A DNA stretch of 63,854 nucleotides, counting the filler, from Lenisia limosa (taxonomy: Eukaryota > Protista > Breviatea), in assembly GCA_001655205.1 (NCBI GenBank). It is 7 parts of 7 records of this genome, joined end to end, with 100 filler letters (N's around TTAATTAATTAA, not from the genome) between each part and the next. Parts side by side here need not be neighbours in the genome. Positions count along the whole stretch, not along the records: positions 37,270 to 52,740 come from LPNZ01007511.1; 6 more parts are not named here. One strand, given 5' to 3'. The translations under genes and the position numbers were made by a program. Under the pieces are notes generated by a model that was not told the DNA's origin, did no database searches, and was given only the letters and a program-made list of their open reading frames with translations. Below, piece by piece: positions 37,270 to 49,986 of the stretch (positions are counted from its first letter, which is position 1; each line of letters begins with the position of its first letter).

Positions 37270-40198
37270 AATCACCTTCAGACCGATCGCGAAACCGGCC
37301 ACATTGGAGTTGCAGCCCGCACCTCTGTTGAGGTTTCCGAGGTCAAGGTATGCTGGTACCCATTTTGCGAGCGAAGGGATTTACTCACTGTTATATTGAC
37401 AATATCATTCCCTTTCTTACAAGCATCCCCCCATTTTGCAAAAGTTAAACATTTCCAAAACTGTAGCAGCACAGCCTGAACTATTTAGGTGGTTGGAGCT
37501 GCTCGAGTTGGGGTCAGTGAAGCTCAGCCCACTCTCTGCCGTCTCGCTGATAACCCCCTCCTCTTCGCCTACAAGTACCTGCAGCCTCCCAATCAGCTTG
37601 TGGTTAACGTCAAAAAAGTGGGTGGCTGATACAGAGAATCCCCAAATGATGATCGGCTTTCTTTCCCAATTGAGATGCACCCATATTCTAAGCTGCATTC
37701 TATTCCTTTCCATATTCTTAGCTGCATTCTATTCCTGTCCATTGTCTTAGCTGAATTCTATTCCTTTGATGTCTACTACTTACCCGCACAGCACAGTGAC
37801 GTTGGAGTGTTGATTGCGACATGTGACAAGGCGTACTTCATGGCCTCCTTCGCTGAAGACCGTGTGCTCTACAAACTCACCCTCATGGTAGGAGCAAGGC
37901 TTATTAACCCGGTATCCAATGTATGAATTTATCTGAGAGCTCTATTCACCGTTTTAGGTCAGAAACACCCAGAAGCAGTACCTCAGAATGAAACTTCCGG
38001 AAAGCGCCGAAATATGGTCTTCTCAGGTTTGTCCCCCTTCTGTCACTTCGTACCTACGTTGGAGTTACAGAATCGACTGGCCTGGGCTNNNNNNNNNNNN
38101 NNNNNNNNNNNNNNNNNNNNNNNNNNNNNNNNNNNNNNNNNNNNNNNNNNNNNNNNNNNNNNNNNNNNNNNNNNNNNNNNNNNNNNNNNNNNNNNNNNNN
38201 NNNNNNNNNNNNNNNNNNNNAGTCAAGCCCGCCTTTGACACCGACACCAAAGAGGTCATGCTGCCCCTCACCAAGGGCGAGGGTGCATCGTGTGCATTCT
38301 CCGTCTCCATCGTCTATGTGGGCGGGGGGCTTCAAATGGGATTTTGATACCATAATGAGGAAGGGGTTATCTTGAGAAGTTTCCCTTTTTGTCAGAATGC
38401 CTCTTATGCTGTAGGCCTGCCCTGACCAGTCAACTGAGCAAGAGGTTTGGATCCTCTTCTTTTCTTTTTTGAAAATAAAGAAATTATAATATGATTATGA
38501 TATAATATAGTATGTATAGCATATTGTGACTGTAGGCTGGACATCTAGAAGCCTGCTTTAACCCTGCAGATGAAGGTCCAGTTCCCGAGCTTCGACATTC
38601 CCATCAACCAGCTCTTCACCAGTATCTACGCCCGCGAAGGTAACCGGATTGTTAGTTTTCGAGACAGAGTGAGTAGCAACAGGATTTTTAGGTTTCGAGA
38701 CAGAGTGAGGAGTAATGGGATTGTTAGGTTTCGAGACAGAGTGATGGTGCTTGTTTTAAGTATTGTTTTTGGGTCTGATTATTCAGATAATGAATTTGGT
38801 GAATTCACTGGAATGAAGGAGGTTGAAAACTTTAGCTCTGTACCCCCCAGGTAGGAAAAAAGTGATTTCAAGCTATTTCTTGGTGTTTTGTTCTAATTTT
38901 GACTTTGCAGTGCACCCCGCATCTCCACAACCCCAAGCTTCCCAAGCGCTCGCTTGGTAGGTCGGGGGTGATGTGGGTGAAAGTGTAAATAGCGTCACCC
39001 CACATGTCGAATGCGGGTACAATTTTTCACATCATTGCTAGTCCATATCATGTACAGTTTAACAAAACACAAAGATCTTAGATCGTTTCAGGGACTGTCA
39101 GGGTACTACCGAGGCAAAACACATCTGATAACCGCCCCCCCCCCAGGAAAGTGTGGACTCCATGTCCGAAGATGAGGAAAGCATGTTTGATGANNNNNNN
39201 NNNNNNNNNNNNNNNNNNNNNNNNNNNNNNNNNNNNNNNNNNNNNNNNNNNNNNNNNNNNNNNNNNNNNNNNNNNNNNNNNNNNNNNNNNNNNNNNGCTT
39301 TGATGCACACCATTAATTGTACACGTTGTGGGCTACTTCAGCAGTAAATATGGTACAATATCGCCTTTACTGTGGCTTTGACCCTTTAAGAACGTTAACT
39401 TCGAGCGCAATCTTGTTCCTCAGTCCCGAGGTGGCTCCGCAATGCGCAACCAAATTTCCGTGGGAGGGGAGCAACGCTCTGTTGACATCAGCTCAGCAGC
39501 TGATAATGNNNNNNNNNNNNNNNNNNNNNNNNNNNNNNNNNNNNNNNNNNNNNNNNNNNNNNNNNNNNNNNNNNNNNNNNNNNNNNNNNNNNNNNNNNNN
39601 NNNNNNNNNNNNNNNNNNNNNNNNNNNNNNNNNNNNNNNNNNNNNNNNNNNNNNNNNNNNNNNNNNNNNNNNNNNNNNNNNNNNNNNNNNNNNCAGTTCA
39701 AGTTCGAGAAGCTCGTCGTCATCAATGAGGAAATCCACATTTCAGTGAGCCTTCATTGGGAGGTCATCCAATATAATATGATATATATATCATATTATAC
39801 TACTAGTAATCATATAGTATATATACTAATATATATATATATTACTAGTATATTATACTAATAGATATTTAAAATTTTAATTCTGATGGGATGACCACCC
39901 ATAATGGTTGTTGATCTTNNNNNNNNNNNNNNNNNNNNNNNNNNNNNNNNNNNNNNNNNNNNNNNNNNNNNNNNNNNNNNNNNNNNNNNNNNNNNNNNNN
40001 NNNNNNNNNNNNNNNNNNNNNNNNNNNNNNNNNNNNNNNNNNNNNNNNNNNNNNNNNNNNNNNNNNNNNNNNNNNNNNNNNNNNNNNNNNNNNNNNNNNN
40101 NNNNNNNNNNNNNNNNNNNNNNNNNNNNNNNCATTATTTCCGCCGCCGTGGCCGTAGGAATTGTGTCCGTCTACCTGGTGGCTCGCAAGTTCCTTTAG
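37270..40198 (+). CDS. Conserved uncharacterised protein, 5' truncated, with a C-terminal hydrophobic helix
   Basis: VRNTQKQYLRMKLPESAEIWSSQ...VKPAFDTDTKEVMLPLTKG...FSVSIVY...QFPSFDIPINQLFTSIY...FEKLVVINEEIHIS...IISAAVAVGIVSVYLVARKFL*. Confidence 0.7.
37680..37768. repeat. Intronic tandem repeat, ~30 bp x 3
   Basis: agctgcattctattcctttccatattctt repeated. Confidence 0.8.
38645..38745. repeat. Intronic tandem repeat, 36 bp x 3
   Basis: ggattgttaggtttcgagacagagtga repeated. Confidence 0.85.
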
Positions 40199-40547
40199 AT
40201 CTGACGATCTGTTCTTTACCACTATTTTTATTAAGATATTATTATTCATGCAGTTTTTGACACCAATGATGATGGGTTAGAACAGTTAAATAAATCTAAA
40301 ATACACTATGTAACATGGGGCAGACAACGCACTTGTCATGGACACTACCCTTTAGTACTCCTCACGCTTAATGTCCCGCAGGTCCCAGATTTTGTACGTT
40401 AACAACTAAATGGTGAAGGTTTATTGACGTGAAAATTGTGCTCAAAACGTATAATATATGATATGGGAGTACTATGAAATATTACTATTTTCCTGGATTT
40501 TTGAACAAAAAAAAAAAAGTGGTTGGACAAGTTTGTTGTCTTTCAGT

Positions 40548-41331
40548 CTAGTTACCCACCTCCGATGATGTGATGGATAACAACGTGCCTGCAAGGAGAG
40601 TAGCCCACCACACCCATGATGACGGAACTCCATAGCCTGGGAAATGGATTATCAACGAATATTTGAAGGTAAGGATCGGAGAGGATAAGTCAACACCAAA
40701 AGCTGATCCTACCTGCAGAACAGACAACACCAAAGATGATCGAAATGGTTGAGCAGTAGTCCCAGGCCAAGCCGGATGAACGAATAAGAACGAACACCAA
40801 AAGCGGTTCAATTAAGACGATCAGAGCAGCAAGGGTGGCAAAACGCTCTTCGATAGTGAGAATGTTGAATAGACTAAATATTTTAATAAGAATATCTACA
40901 ATTGTTCATATCATTTATTGTACAAACTTCAGAAATGTTTACAAAAAGTGAGATGAACACTAAAAAAACATTTCAGAACTTATGGTATTACCGCCCATCC
41001 AGCAGCTTCCCATCCCACCAAGCTCTTTATTCGACCCGAATCCGACATCAGACCCGTTAAAAACAAACTCGAGTGGCTGCGTACGGTCCAAAGCAAAGCC
41101 GACCAGAATGGCAATGCTGCAGGAATAAAGCAAATTACTGAAGAAAAAGACAAAAAGACTGTAAGTTAAGGTGGCGTTATTCCATCGGTGCACTATATAA
41201 AATAGTACTAATGCACTAATTGATGAACACCTGTGTTGAAAGGAACCCTTAGCTAACCTGAAGAAAAGTGGTAGGACTATGAGCAAGTTCTTAAGGATGA
41301 CCTTCGTCTCCCTATCGCGCACAGACGGCAT
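40548..41331 (-). CDS. TMEM244/SYS1-like small multi-pass membrane protein
   Basis: MPSVRDRETKVILKNLLIVLPLFF...VLIRSSGLAWDYCSTISIIFGVVCSA|GYGVPSSWVWWATLLAG matches the 'WDY....T...H....FP....WW' pattern of this family. Confidence 0.65.
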
Positions 41332-41849
41332 ACTAAGGGACATTAATAGATGATAATGCTGCGGTATTGAATAGGGAAAGAAATGCTCATGGTAAGTAAT
41401 CACATTGTAAGAATGGTAATTCAAAGGATCTTACAGCAGACAATCTGCATCAAATGTCTCAATGAAAATAAAGATCAGTTCACCACTTGACAAGGAGAGT
41501 CAAAGATATTCATCAGATATAGACAACAACGTCAACCATTTCAATAATAAGAAGAATAATAAAAATAAGTCAAACTTCAATCTCATATGTATTTACAAGA
41601 GATGACTGAAGTACTGAGATTTCATTAAACTAAAAGCGAACCTGGTACCAACAGCAGGGCGCCTTGCTTTCACAAAAGGACCTTGTCACAAAGATTTCAA
41701 TTATAACTAATATTACAACACTATTACAATAATATTATTTCCTTCTTCTGCAGCAAAAGCAATCGAATGATATATTGAAAGCAATGGGAAATGGGCAATG
41801 TAATGATCAGGTGAGGGGTGGTGTCCGAGGTCCTCACTTTTCTTTCCTG

Positions 41850-41887
<38 letters not shown>

Positions 41888-42080
41888 AGAATGGTGGAAA
41901 GGAAAGAGGGCCCTGAAAGTGAAAATTTGGCAAAAGGCAACTCCTCGGCGACCGTGCTACTTCGTTTCTTGCTTCTTTTCTCATTCCCCTCTTCCTCTTC
42001 CTTTGCATTGTTTTAATACTAGTGTAATAATAATAAAGTCAGATACGACAAGAAAAGGGCACAAGACATCACTGTGACAG

Positions 42081-45000
42081 ATGTTTTGGCGTCTCTTGCG
42101 ACTGGCGTTGTTTGCCGTGATCTTGAGTGTCATAACCCAGGGTGTGATAGGATCTTCTGCTGCTGAGGTACGTAACTACATATTTTTTTTTTCTTTTCTT
42201 GTGTGGTTGGGGATGGTTGCTTTGAAATGCTTGGGTTCACATTTCCAAATAAGTCATGCCATGTTGTCAAAACATTCCTAAATGGGAACCACCGAGGAGG
42301 GGAACAACACTGCTCAATTCGTATTTGTTAGCTACGAATGAGTATTTACATATTATGAAATTCCTAGACTCAATTGCATTTGATGATGGTTTTGTGGTTT
42401 CACAAGGTTTTTCTTTTACGGTTCTTTGGTTTATCAGTTTACATCAGAATTCCTCCCTTACAACCCATATATTGTGAAATGAAAGCATCTTTCTCTGTCC
42501 TAAGCTGATAAATATCAAATCCACAGACTGAAGAAGATGACAGTCCTGCTCCAACACCAAGCTATGAGTCGTCGTTACTGGGGGCACCGTGCGTATTTCA
42601 GGCTGCCTGCGGCCTAGAACTAGCATGTCGCGACTCCAAATGCGGGTATTGAACTTAAAATTTATGATTATTTTGGGAAAATGCTAATCATTGGTCAAAT
42701 CTCGGAATTCTTGAATACAGAATTTCAATTTTGTGGAGAGTTAAGATCTTCAGTTAACATGATTCAGATTTTGTTTGAGTAGCAGAGAGTGCCCATCAAC
42801 TTTCATTTGTGACAAGGCCAGCGGTAGGACAGATTCTTCTACTCAAAACAATTCTATTAGATACAGCCCAAAACTGTTTCTTTCTGTGAGAGAGTAATAT
42901 AAGTTGAGTTATGAGCAAGTGATTGGGTGTTAATATTGTATGCTATAATCCACTATATCATATCATATGTTATAAGCGTGATGTTGTGGACAGCCTCGGC
43001 CAGATACAACCTTCTCATCTATATTTGATATAGAGATTTTGTTGTATATCCTATATCAATCATGAGACTTAAATAAAGTCCTACTCTACTCAAGTAACTG
43101 AATTCTTAACTTATAACCAGGACTTTGCCATCTGCCTCAAGAAATGGAAGAATCGGCATTTTCAGTAGGTTTTAACTTTGATCCAAAATTCCTCTTCATG
43201 ACTTTGCTTGGCTGATTTATGTGATAGGTGTTATTGATTCAATCACTACCAGGCTCATTCGAAACTGTTAATGTCTTCTTCAGTGTCGGACAGTTTTTTC
43301 GATGATGTTGATCCTCTTGCTCGGCTCACTCGCGGCTGGGAGTGGAATAGGTACCTGGTTGTGTTTTGATGTTTTCCATTTTGGAGGTAGAGGCTTTGAG
43401 TGTGTACACTGTAGAAACTCTTCAGAAATATCGATAAGTGTCACTATTGATAGATAAATACATTATGACATTTTTATCGGCGTGAATCATTTATCAATAG
43501 TCTCACCGTCTCAATCAACTCAGGAGGAGGTGGGCTATTCGTTCCGATTCTGTCCATTGTGAACGGATTTCATCCGAAGACGGCAATTGCCATATCAAAA
43601 GTGGGATAATACCTGTATACTTTACTTTGTTCGCTATTAAATAAGAATCACAGCTCTTAAACTGTTAAAGAAGGTGAATTTTCCCTGTTTGATGTTCTTT
43701 TGATTGATTTTGCATTTTTACTCCCTCCCCTCCCAAGAGTGTCATTTTCGGGGCTTCCCTCTCGGCACTATGGCTGAATTGGCCGAAACAGCATCCGCGT
43801 AGCCCTAGACCACTAATTGACTTTGGAGCTGTTTTAGTTCTTGGTGGGCCTGTATTTCTTTATAAGAAGTGTTGTTCTCTATTTGTGATCGGTATGATAT
43901 TGGGGGAGGGTGAGAAAGTGGGCTTCTCTTTAAGGTAAAAAAGGTCCTTGAATATTGAAAATTGTTTATTGCTTGAGACTGGTCTTTCGAGAAATCAAAT
44001 TTCATTTTTTACAATTTGTTTATGTGAAGTAGTTTTATGTGTGTAAATCAATAGGGCTTCCCTTCGGTCCCAAAAAAGACCGATAAATCTTCAAAATATA
44101 TCGATATTTAAACGGTCTTTTTCGGACCGTAGGGAAGCCCTCATCATAATTTTAAAACGATATTGTTGAATTTGAATTTTGGGACAACTAATATGTATTA
44201 TGTGTTTCCCACCGTAACACCCCAGAACCTGCGACCTTAGCCGGGGCTGTTGTGGGTATTTTGCTGAACGTGGTGCTTCCTGTGTGGCTGGTTTGAGGGA
44301 CACTTCAATCATTTTTCAGGCCTCACCACTTTTCTCATTTGGCGTTAAGAACATATTTAAGTGCTAAAACTGACCTTCCCAGATTGTACTTCTCCTGGCG
44401 GTCATTCTATCAATCACTACTTTGCGCACCTACAAAAAGGTTTGCGTTGATATTACCTACCTAAATATGTGTTTTCCTTGGTTTTCTCCATATTACATTA
44501 TTGATTGGAATTATTTAATGTTTCTTATTTCTCAGGCGAACCATTTGTGGCAGAAAGAAACGAACCAGCAGCAGTCAGATGTGGGTTCAAGAGTTGTCAT
44601 TGACCATTATTATTTGTGTTGACAGTAGTGTAGTTTGCTTTTTCCTGTTTCATTTCATGTTGACAAATTTCTCCACTATTCTTTTATACCTAACTTTCAC
44701 ATATGATATGCGATTTTATCTTCAGAGCGCCAACATGATCAAATGTAAGCATGGAATGAGCGTTGATGAATTGAATATGAGAGAAGGAGGGTTTGAACAA
44801 TGAGTGATATCCCTCATTTTGTTGATATTTTTTTAATATTCATACAAATAAATATAATCACAGATATTGGTCTGTCAATGCAGTTCTCATGATGTTGTAC
44901 TATGTAATATGACGTATTAGCGCCGTTGACGATCCCACCATCAACAAAAAATGTGGTACCAAGGTCACCGCCAAACCTCATTCATCCGATTCTCGTCATT

Positions 45001-46748
45001 CTGGCGGTCACGTGGACAGCTATTCTGTTTTTGTCTTTGGCACGTGGAACAGGTAGACTGCAACTGCTCCTATGGAATCTTGTTTAGCTATAGTATCGGT
45101 GTGTATTGCCATATGATATGTACATATTGGCAATTCTATCTTTTTTTAACCAAGTTCTTCTTTGTGATATCAAAGTATCATCATTACATTTATTAGTCCC
45201 AGTCTATCATCCCCTTCCAGGACACAGCGTTTCACTCTTCGGCGTGGCTCCTTGCAGTACTCTTTATTTTGTGGTTGTCTTCTTGGCAGTTTCAACTGGT
45301 TTGCGAAGTATTGTTTGTGTAGAAGAACTCAGTAGTATACATCGTGGATATTTATTTCTGAAACGACGATAATCAGCATGTTATTTATTCAAATATTGCT
45401 AATAATCTCAGGTATAGCAATGACAGTTGTTTCTTCCTACTATATTCTGGGTACCAATTCAAATAAGCAGGTTGGACACATTTGTGAAGGATAATATCAT
45501 ACAATTAGATATCATGATATTACGTATTATAAGATAATATTTAAAAATAATATCTATCATCCAGTCATGTTTACCACATATGATATAAGTTGTTAGAGAT
45601 AGGGTGGATTGTGTTTCTAAAGTGCCTATAATGGCAACTCGTCCATCACATTTTGATACGTAGGATGACGAGCTGGAGTGGACGCCAGCGTCATGCCGAC
45701 AATATTCAACATGGGCTCTTTTTGCTGGCCTGGCTGCGGGCCTGTTGGGTGTCGGAGGAGGCTTGATAAAAAGTACAGGGGGTCTTTTTTTGTCTAATTT
45801 TTATATTCTATGGAAGGGCTCTCTCAAAGCTGAGTTGCGAGCCTCTTGTGTATTGAGAGAGCACATGAACTCTAAATGTAGACATTCACCAAAATTTCTA
45901 CGTCCAAATGTTGTTTTTTTTTGGTAAAACCACTAATCCTTCCAGATCCGCTTCTTCTAGAACTAGGGCTTCTCCCCCAAGTCGCATCAGCAACCTCAAT
46001 GTTTATGATTGTATACANNNNNNNNNNNNNNNNNNNNNNNNNNNNNNNNNNNNNNNNNNNNNNNNNNNNNNNNNNNNNNNNNNNNNNNNNNNNNNNNNNN
46101 NNNNNNNNNNNNNNNNNNNNNNNNNNNNNNNNTATGGCTTTATGACTAATTTTGGGGAGGGTCAATATTGGGTGAATATGTAGGACATTGATGGTGGGCA
46201 AAGTACTTTGTTGTTATAATGGCAAAGTAACACCCCAGGCCGATTAACGATCGAGCAAGTTGCGATCTATGCCCTCTTGGGATTCTTAGCGGGATGTCTT
46301 GGGCATTTCGTAGTATCCCGTTTGGTGCAGTACACCAAACGACCGTCTGTTATTGTTTTCCTTCTTTGTGGCTGCATAGGTCTGAGGGAAATTTTGACAT
46401 TACTAATGAGAATATTTTTTGGTCAAAAAGAAATGGAAGAGACAAGGGGGAAACACGTTTTTTTTGTTGTTTTTGTTGAGCCTTGTCTAGTTGTTTATGA
46501 TATGGTACCAGAAAGTTATTCTGTTGAGTAGCTTGCGATTCTGAATAACGCTTTAGCCCTGTCGGCTGTTTTTATGGTCTCAACTGGAGTCTCAAGGGTA
46601 GGTTGAGGTAAACTATCGACATGATCAAGGTATCTTGTTCGACATTTCCCTTATTCAATCCAACAAATTAACAATGAAGGTGTACAGCAATTTTGTTTCG
46701 GGAGCTTCATTTGGACTGTCTCCACTTTGTTCTGCTCGTCATGTTTAG
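42081..46748 (+). CDS. Sulfite exporter TauE/SafE family membrane protein (eukaryotic type, N-terminal signal-like segment)
   Basis: LGSLAAGSGI|GGGGLFVPILSIVNGFHPKTAIAISK|SVIFGASLSALWLN...RPLIDFGAVLVL|EPATLAGAVVGILLNVVLPVWL; AGLAAGLLGVGGGLIK|NPLLLELGLLPQVASATSMFMI; FGLSPLC. Confidence 0.88.
42984..43013 (+). repeat. Dispersed 'TTGTGGAC..C.TCGGCCAGATACAACCTT' repeat, copy D (TauE intron)
   Basis: ttgtggacagcctcggccagatacaacctt. Confidence 0.75.
44052..44142. mobile_element. MITE copy 6 (CCC/GGG subfamily, TauE intron)
   Basis: tagggcttcccttcggtcccaaaaaagaccg...cggtctttttcggaccgtagggaagccct. Confidence 0.87.
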
Positions 46749-46948
46749 TTTTCTTCTTTTGTTATGCCTAAAGCTGTTTGTTTCTTATTTAATTGGACTG
46801 TTTATCACTTGGCTCAGAATATGCTATCGTAAGACCTCATATTTGACAGGTAACAATGTAAAATACAGACTCTACGACAATATGGTGATCCTTCATGAAA
46901 GTGATGCAATTTCAATCAAAGAAACAGCCTAACTTAACAACAAAGGAG

Positions 46949-47260
46949 TCAGATCTTCTGTCGACACACCGGGCAGCCAGGATTCTCCTGAAGAGCTCGC
47001 TCAATGCACCGTGAATGGAAGTTGTGGCCACACGGCGTTTCAACACCTTCTCGAATGGCCTCAAGGCAGCAGGGACAGCAGTCGGCGTTGGGCGGTGCGG
47101 GTTGAGAAATGACGAGAGTGTTGGGCTTGACCAGGATGGCGACGGAGGGGGCCGTGTTGGTGGGCCTTGTCATCGGACGGAGACGACGAACTGCGGACTT
47201 GGTCGGCTTCTGCTTCTTCTTGACGGAATCGTGGAGCTGAAGGAGATCAGGCTATATCCC
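46949..47260 (-). CDS. Small RING-H2 (C3H2C3) zinc-finger protein; 5' end uncertain
   Basis: CPCCLEAIREGVETPCGHNFHSRCIERALQENPGCPVCR. Confidence 0.85.
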
Positions 47261-47959
47261 CCAGAGAACATGCTCAACACCACTAATCTTGGCAAAAAAA
47301 CGATATTTTATCTATTTTTAAGGCAAAGAAGCATTGCCATACCATATAATACATCATATAGCTATGGTACTAGTATGTACATGTATACACGTATACATAT
47401 CATATCTTTGATATCTAAAAACAGTCATGTATTATTCATCGTCTCAATCCCACCTCAAGAAGTAGGTAGTAGTCTAGGGGGGTTATTTCTCTGAACTGCA
47501 GCTGGCGGAGTTGGCTGCGAATAGGGGCTGGAGTGTGAGATGGGAAGAAGGGGATAGAAGGGGAAAAAAAAACGATTGATATGAGAAGAAGCTAAAAACA
47601 CGAAAAACATGAAAAATGAAGCGGCTGAAGCCCTCCACAGCATTTTATTTTTGTTTAGTGTATGGATAAACACTGTAATAACCCTACACTCCCACCATTA
47701 AGAGACTCGGAGACTCGCATAGTCTGCAAACTAGCTAGGATACCAGATTGAAGGGCTTGTTGTTCAGACATTGATTGGAGCTGGTACGTGCTCTTGGAAG
47801 ATGAAAAGGACAATAAATGAGCAAAAAAACAAAAAATCTGAAACAAAAGGTTTAGAATTGTAGAATGATGTTGAAACATCAAGCAAGTTTTTAAAAGTAC
47901 AAGATATATATATATATACTAGATCAATGTTCAAAAGACCCCAAAATACAATCATCTCA

Positions 47960-48720
47960 CTTGCTGATACTCCGAGAAGATTCGAGGGGCTCTCAGTTCG
48001 CCCTTAGTGATTCCGCGTGCCCTACGGTTCCGGCGGATGGTTTCTTTCAGCTCCAACTCCTCAGCAGTTCGTTCAGTCTTGGCATGCCGCTGTCTGTTGT
48101 ATGAGAATGTGAAGATGACAATCATTTCCGCACCCTTTCATAATATAACTCAAAACTCCACATGGTTGCCTTAATTGATTCCCCAAGTGTAAAGATACAT
48201 CCTTACTGTGGAAGCCCCAGCCTACTTTCGTTCCCGCCGATAAACAGTCCTGGCACCTGACTTGCCGCCTTGAGTGTGTCGAGATTCAAACTTGTCCGCT
48301 AGTTCCTCGAAGGAGTCATGTTCGTCCGAATCAGTGCTGCTCAGGTCATCTTCCTCGTCGTCGTCACTGCTATTCCAAAGCCTAAAAATCTAAGTCTGAA
48401 GAATCGTGTCAAGCTATAAAACAGCCCATATTTCGGGAAAATTTCTCCAGTTACCCCCCCCCCCCTCACTCATCATCATACGAGGAATAAGATGAAGATA
48501 ATTGTAGAGAGTTTAGGAGGGAGGCGATTTCCTAGAATGTCAGAAGGATACATTAGGTTAACTCTGAGAAAGCAGGTCCTAATACATACCTCCTCAAGCA
48601 GAGAAGAAGACGAAGGTAGTGTGTCGTGATCAAAAGGCACGGGGACAGGGAGGGTTCTCTCCATCAGAAGGCCTTCCATAGGAAATAGGAATGCAAATGT
48701 AACACGATTGAAAAGCTCGA
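47960..48720 (-). CDS. Multi-exon hypothetical acidic/basic protein
   Basis: WNSSDDDEEDDLSSTDSDEHDSFEELADKF; RQRHAKTERTAEELELKETIRRNRRARG. Confidence 0.45.
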
Positions 48721-49359
48721 ACAAAAACTATTAACTCAGTGAACAGGTAAAATAGGTGTTCCAATTGTCACCAAAGACAGATTTAAGGACCTTTTAGAGG
48801 AAGGTGGCGAGGAGCATAGGGCATGGGGCGTGGGGCTAACGTGCACTCTGCTTAAAAATAACAATAATATCGTGTGGTGCAAGCATTGTTGTGGAATTAT
48901 CTGTTGTATCTTGCATTTAGAGGTACTGGTTGAGATGGTGCACCCAAGAGCCCAAGAGTTGGTCTCAATTTACGGAACGCACCGGGTATAATTCCTCCGC
49001 CACACACATGGATTGAAGAGCGAATTGCATTTATTACATGAAGTGACAGACACGCCTCAGGCATCGTGCTCCTAATCCAGGGTGCTGCATGATATAGTGG
49101 GCGTTTTTGGCCTTGTTGCTAATTAGTCGAACGGTAGCCTAGTTTGTCAAGTGTTTTTTTTTTTTTTTTTACTTGATTCTTGATAGTACTATTTTCAATT
49201 TTCCAAACAAAGATGGCGGAGGAGAAAAGACACGAGAATGACACTATGTCTCAGAATATCAAAGCTTCACATGAAGACCCCTGTAACGGCGTCTTCCACG
49301 AGGAGGTCTTCCAGACTCCGAGACTGCCATAGTCATTGAAGAATGTGAAAGCCCAAAAA

Positions 49360-49462
49360 GTGATATCAACAAATGAAGTCTTCGCAGACAAACTAGTAAT
49401 GGGGTTGTTAATATCAACAAATGAAGTCTTCATCAGACAAACTAGTAATGGGGTTGTTAATA
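49360..49462. repeat. Tandem duplication, ~46 bp x 2
   Basis: atatcaacaaatgaagtcttc..cagacaaactagtaatggggttgtta twice. Confidence 0.85.
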
Positions 49463-49986
49463 TAATATGGTCAAAAAAGGTATATACTACTTAAGAGTAA
49501 TCCAATTGGGAGAACAACGTTAATTGAAGCTGAGAACAACGGTACAGCACCGAATGGAAACAATAGATATACAGAGAGAAACATTTAGGCGAAGGGGTCT
49601 TCAGTATTTGCCTGTAGGGGTCAAAAAGGTAACAAAGTAAAAATAAGACGAGGAAAAAGTTATATGCGCCTTTCCTTTGGGCTTACAGGAGATGCAAATG
49701 GATCAGCTGCACCTGAAGCGTCAGTTTTAAAAAATATAATACTGGGAGTTTCAAGGCGGCTATTTCCATTTCATTGTAATTTTAAAGTATTATGTGGAAA
49801 TGAGAAATACAACATAGTATCATCAGTAGTCATAAGAACAGTTGTAAGGCAACTGATTGGGTGAATTAATATTATACTATCATTTAATATCTCGAAAAGT
49901 GTGATGGTGTGGGGCTTTGGCCAGATGAATCCTTATTTCTCATTGCTATATTATACTATCATTATATCATATATTATATGATATTC

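Noticed and set aside
15745-38745. CRISPR-like appearance of the 17-bp and 36-bp arrays
   Set aside because: Units are head-to-tail without unique spacers, lie in eukaryotic introns, and there are no cas genes.
43747-43762. ggggcttccctctcgg resembling a MITE TIR
   Set aside because: It is coding sequence (IFGASLS) of the TauE exon and has no partner TIR.
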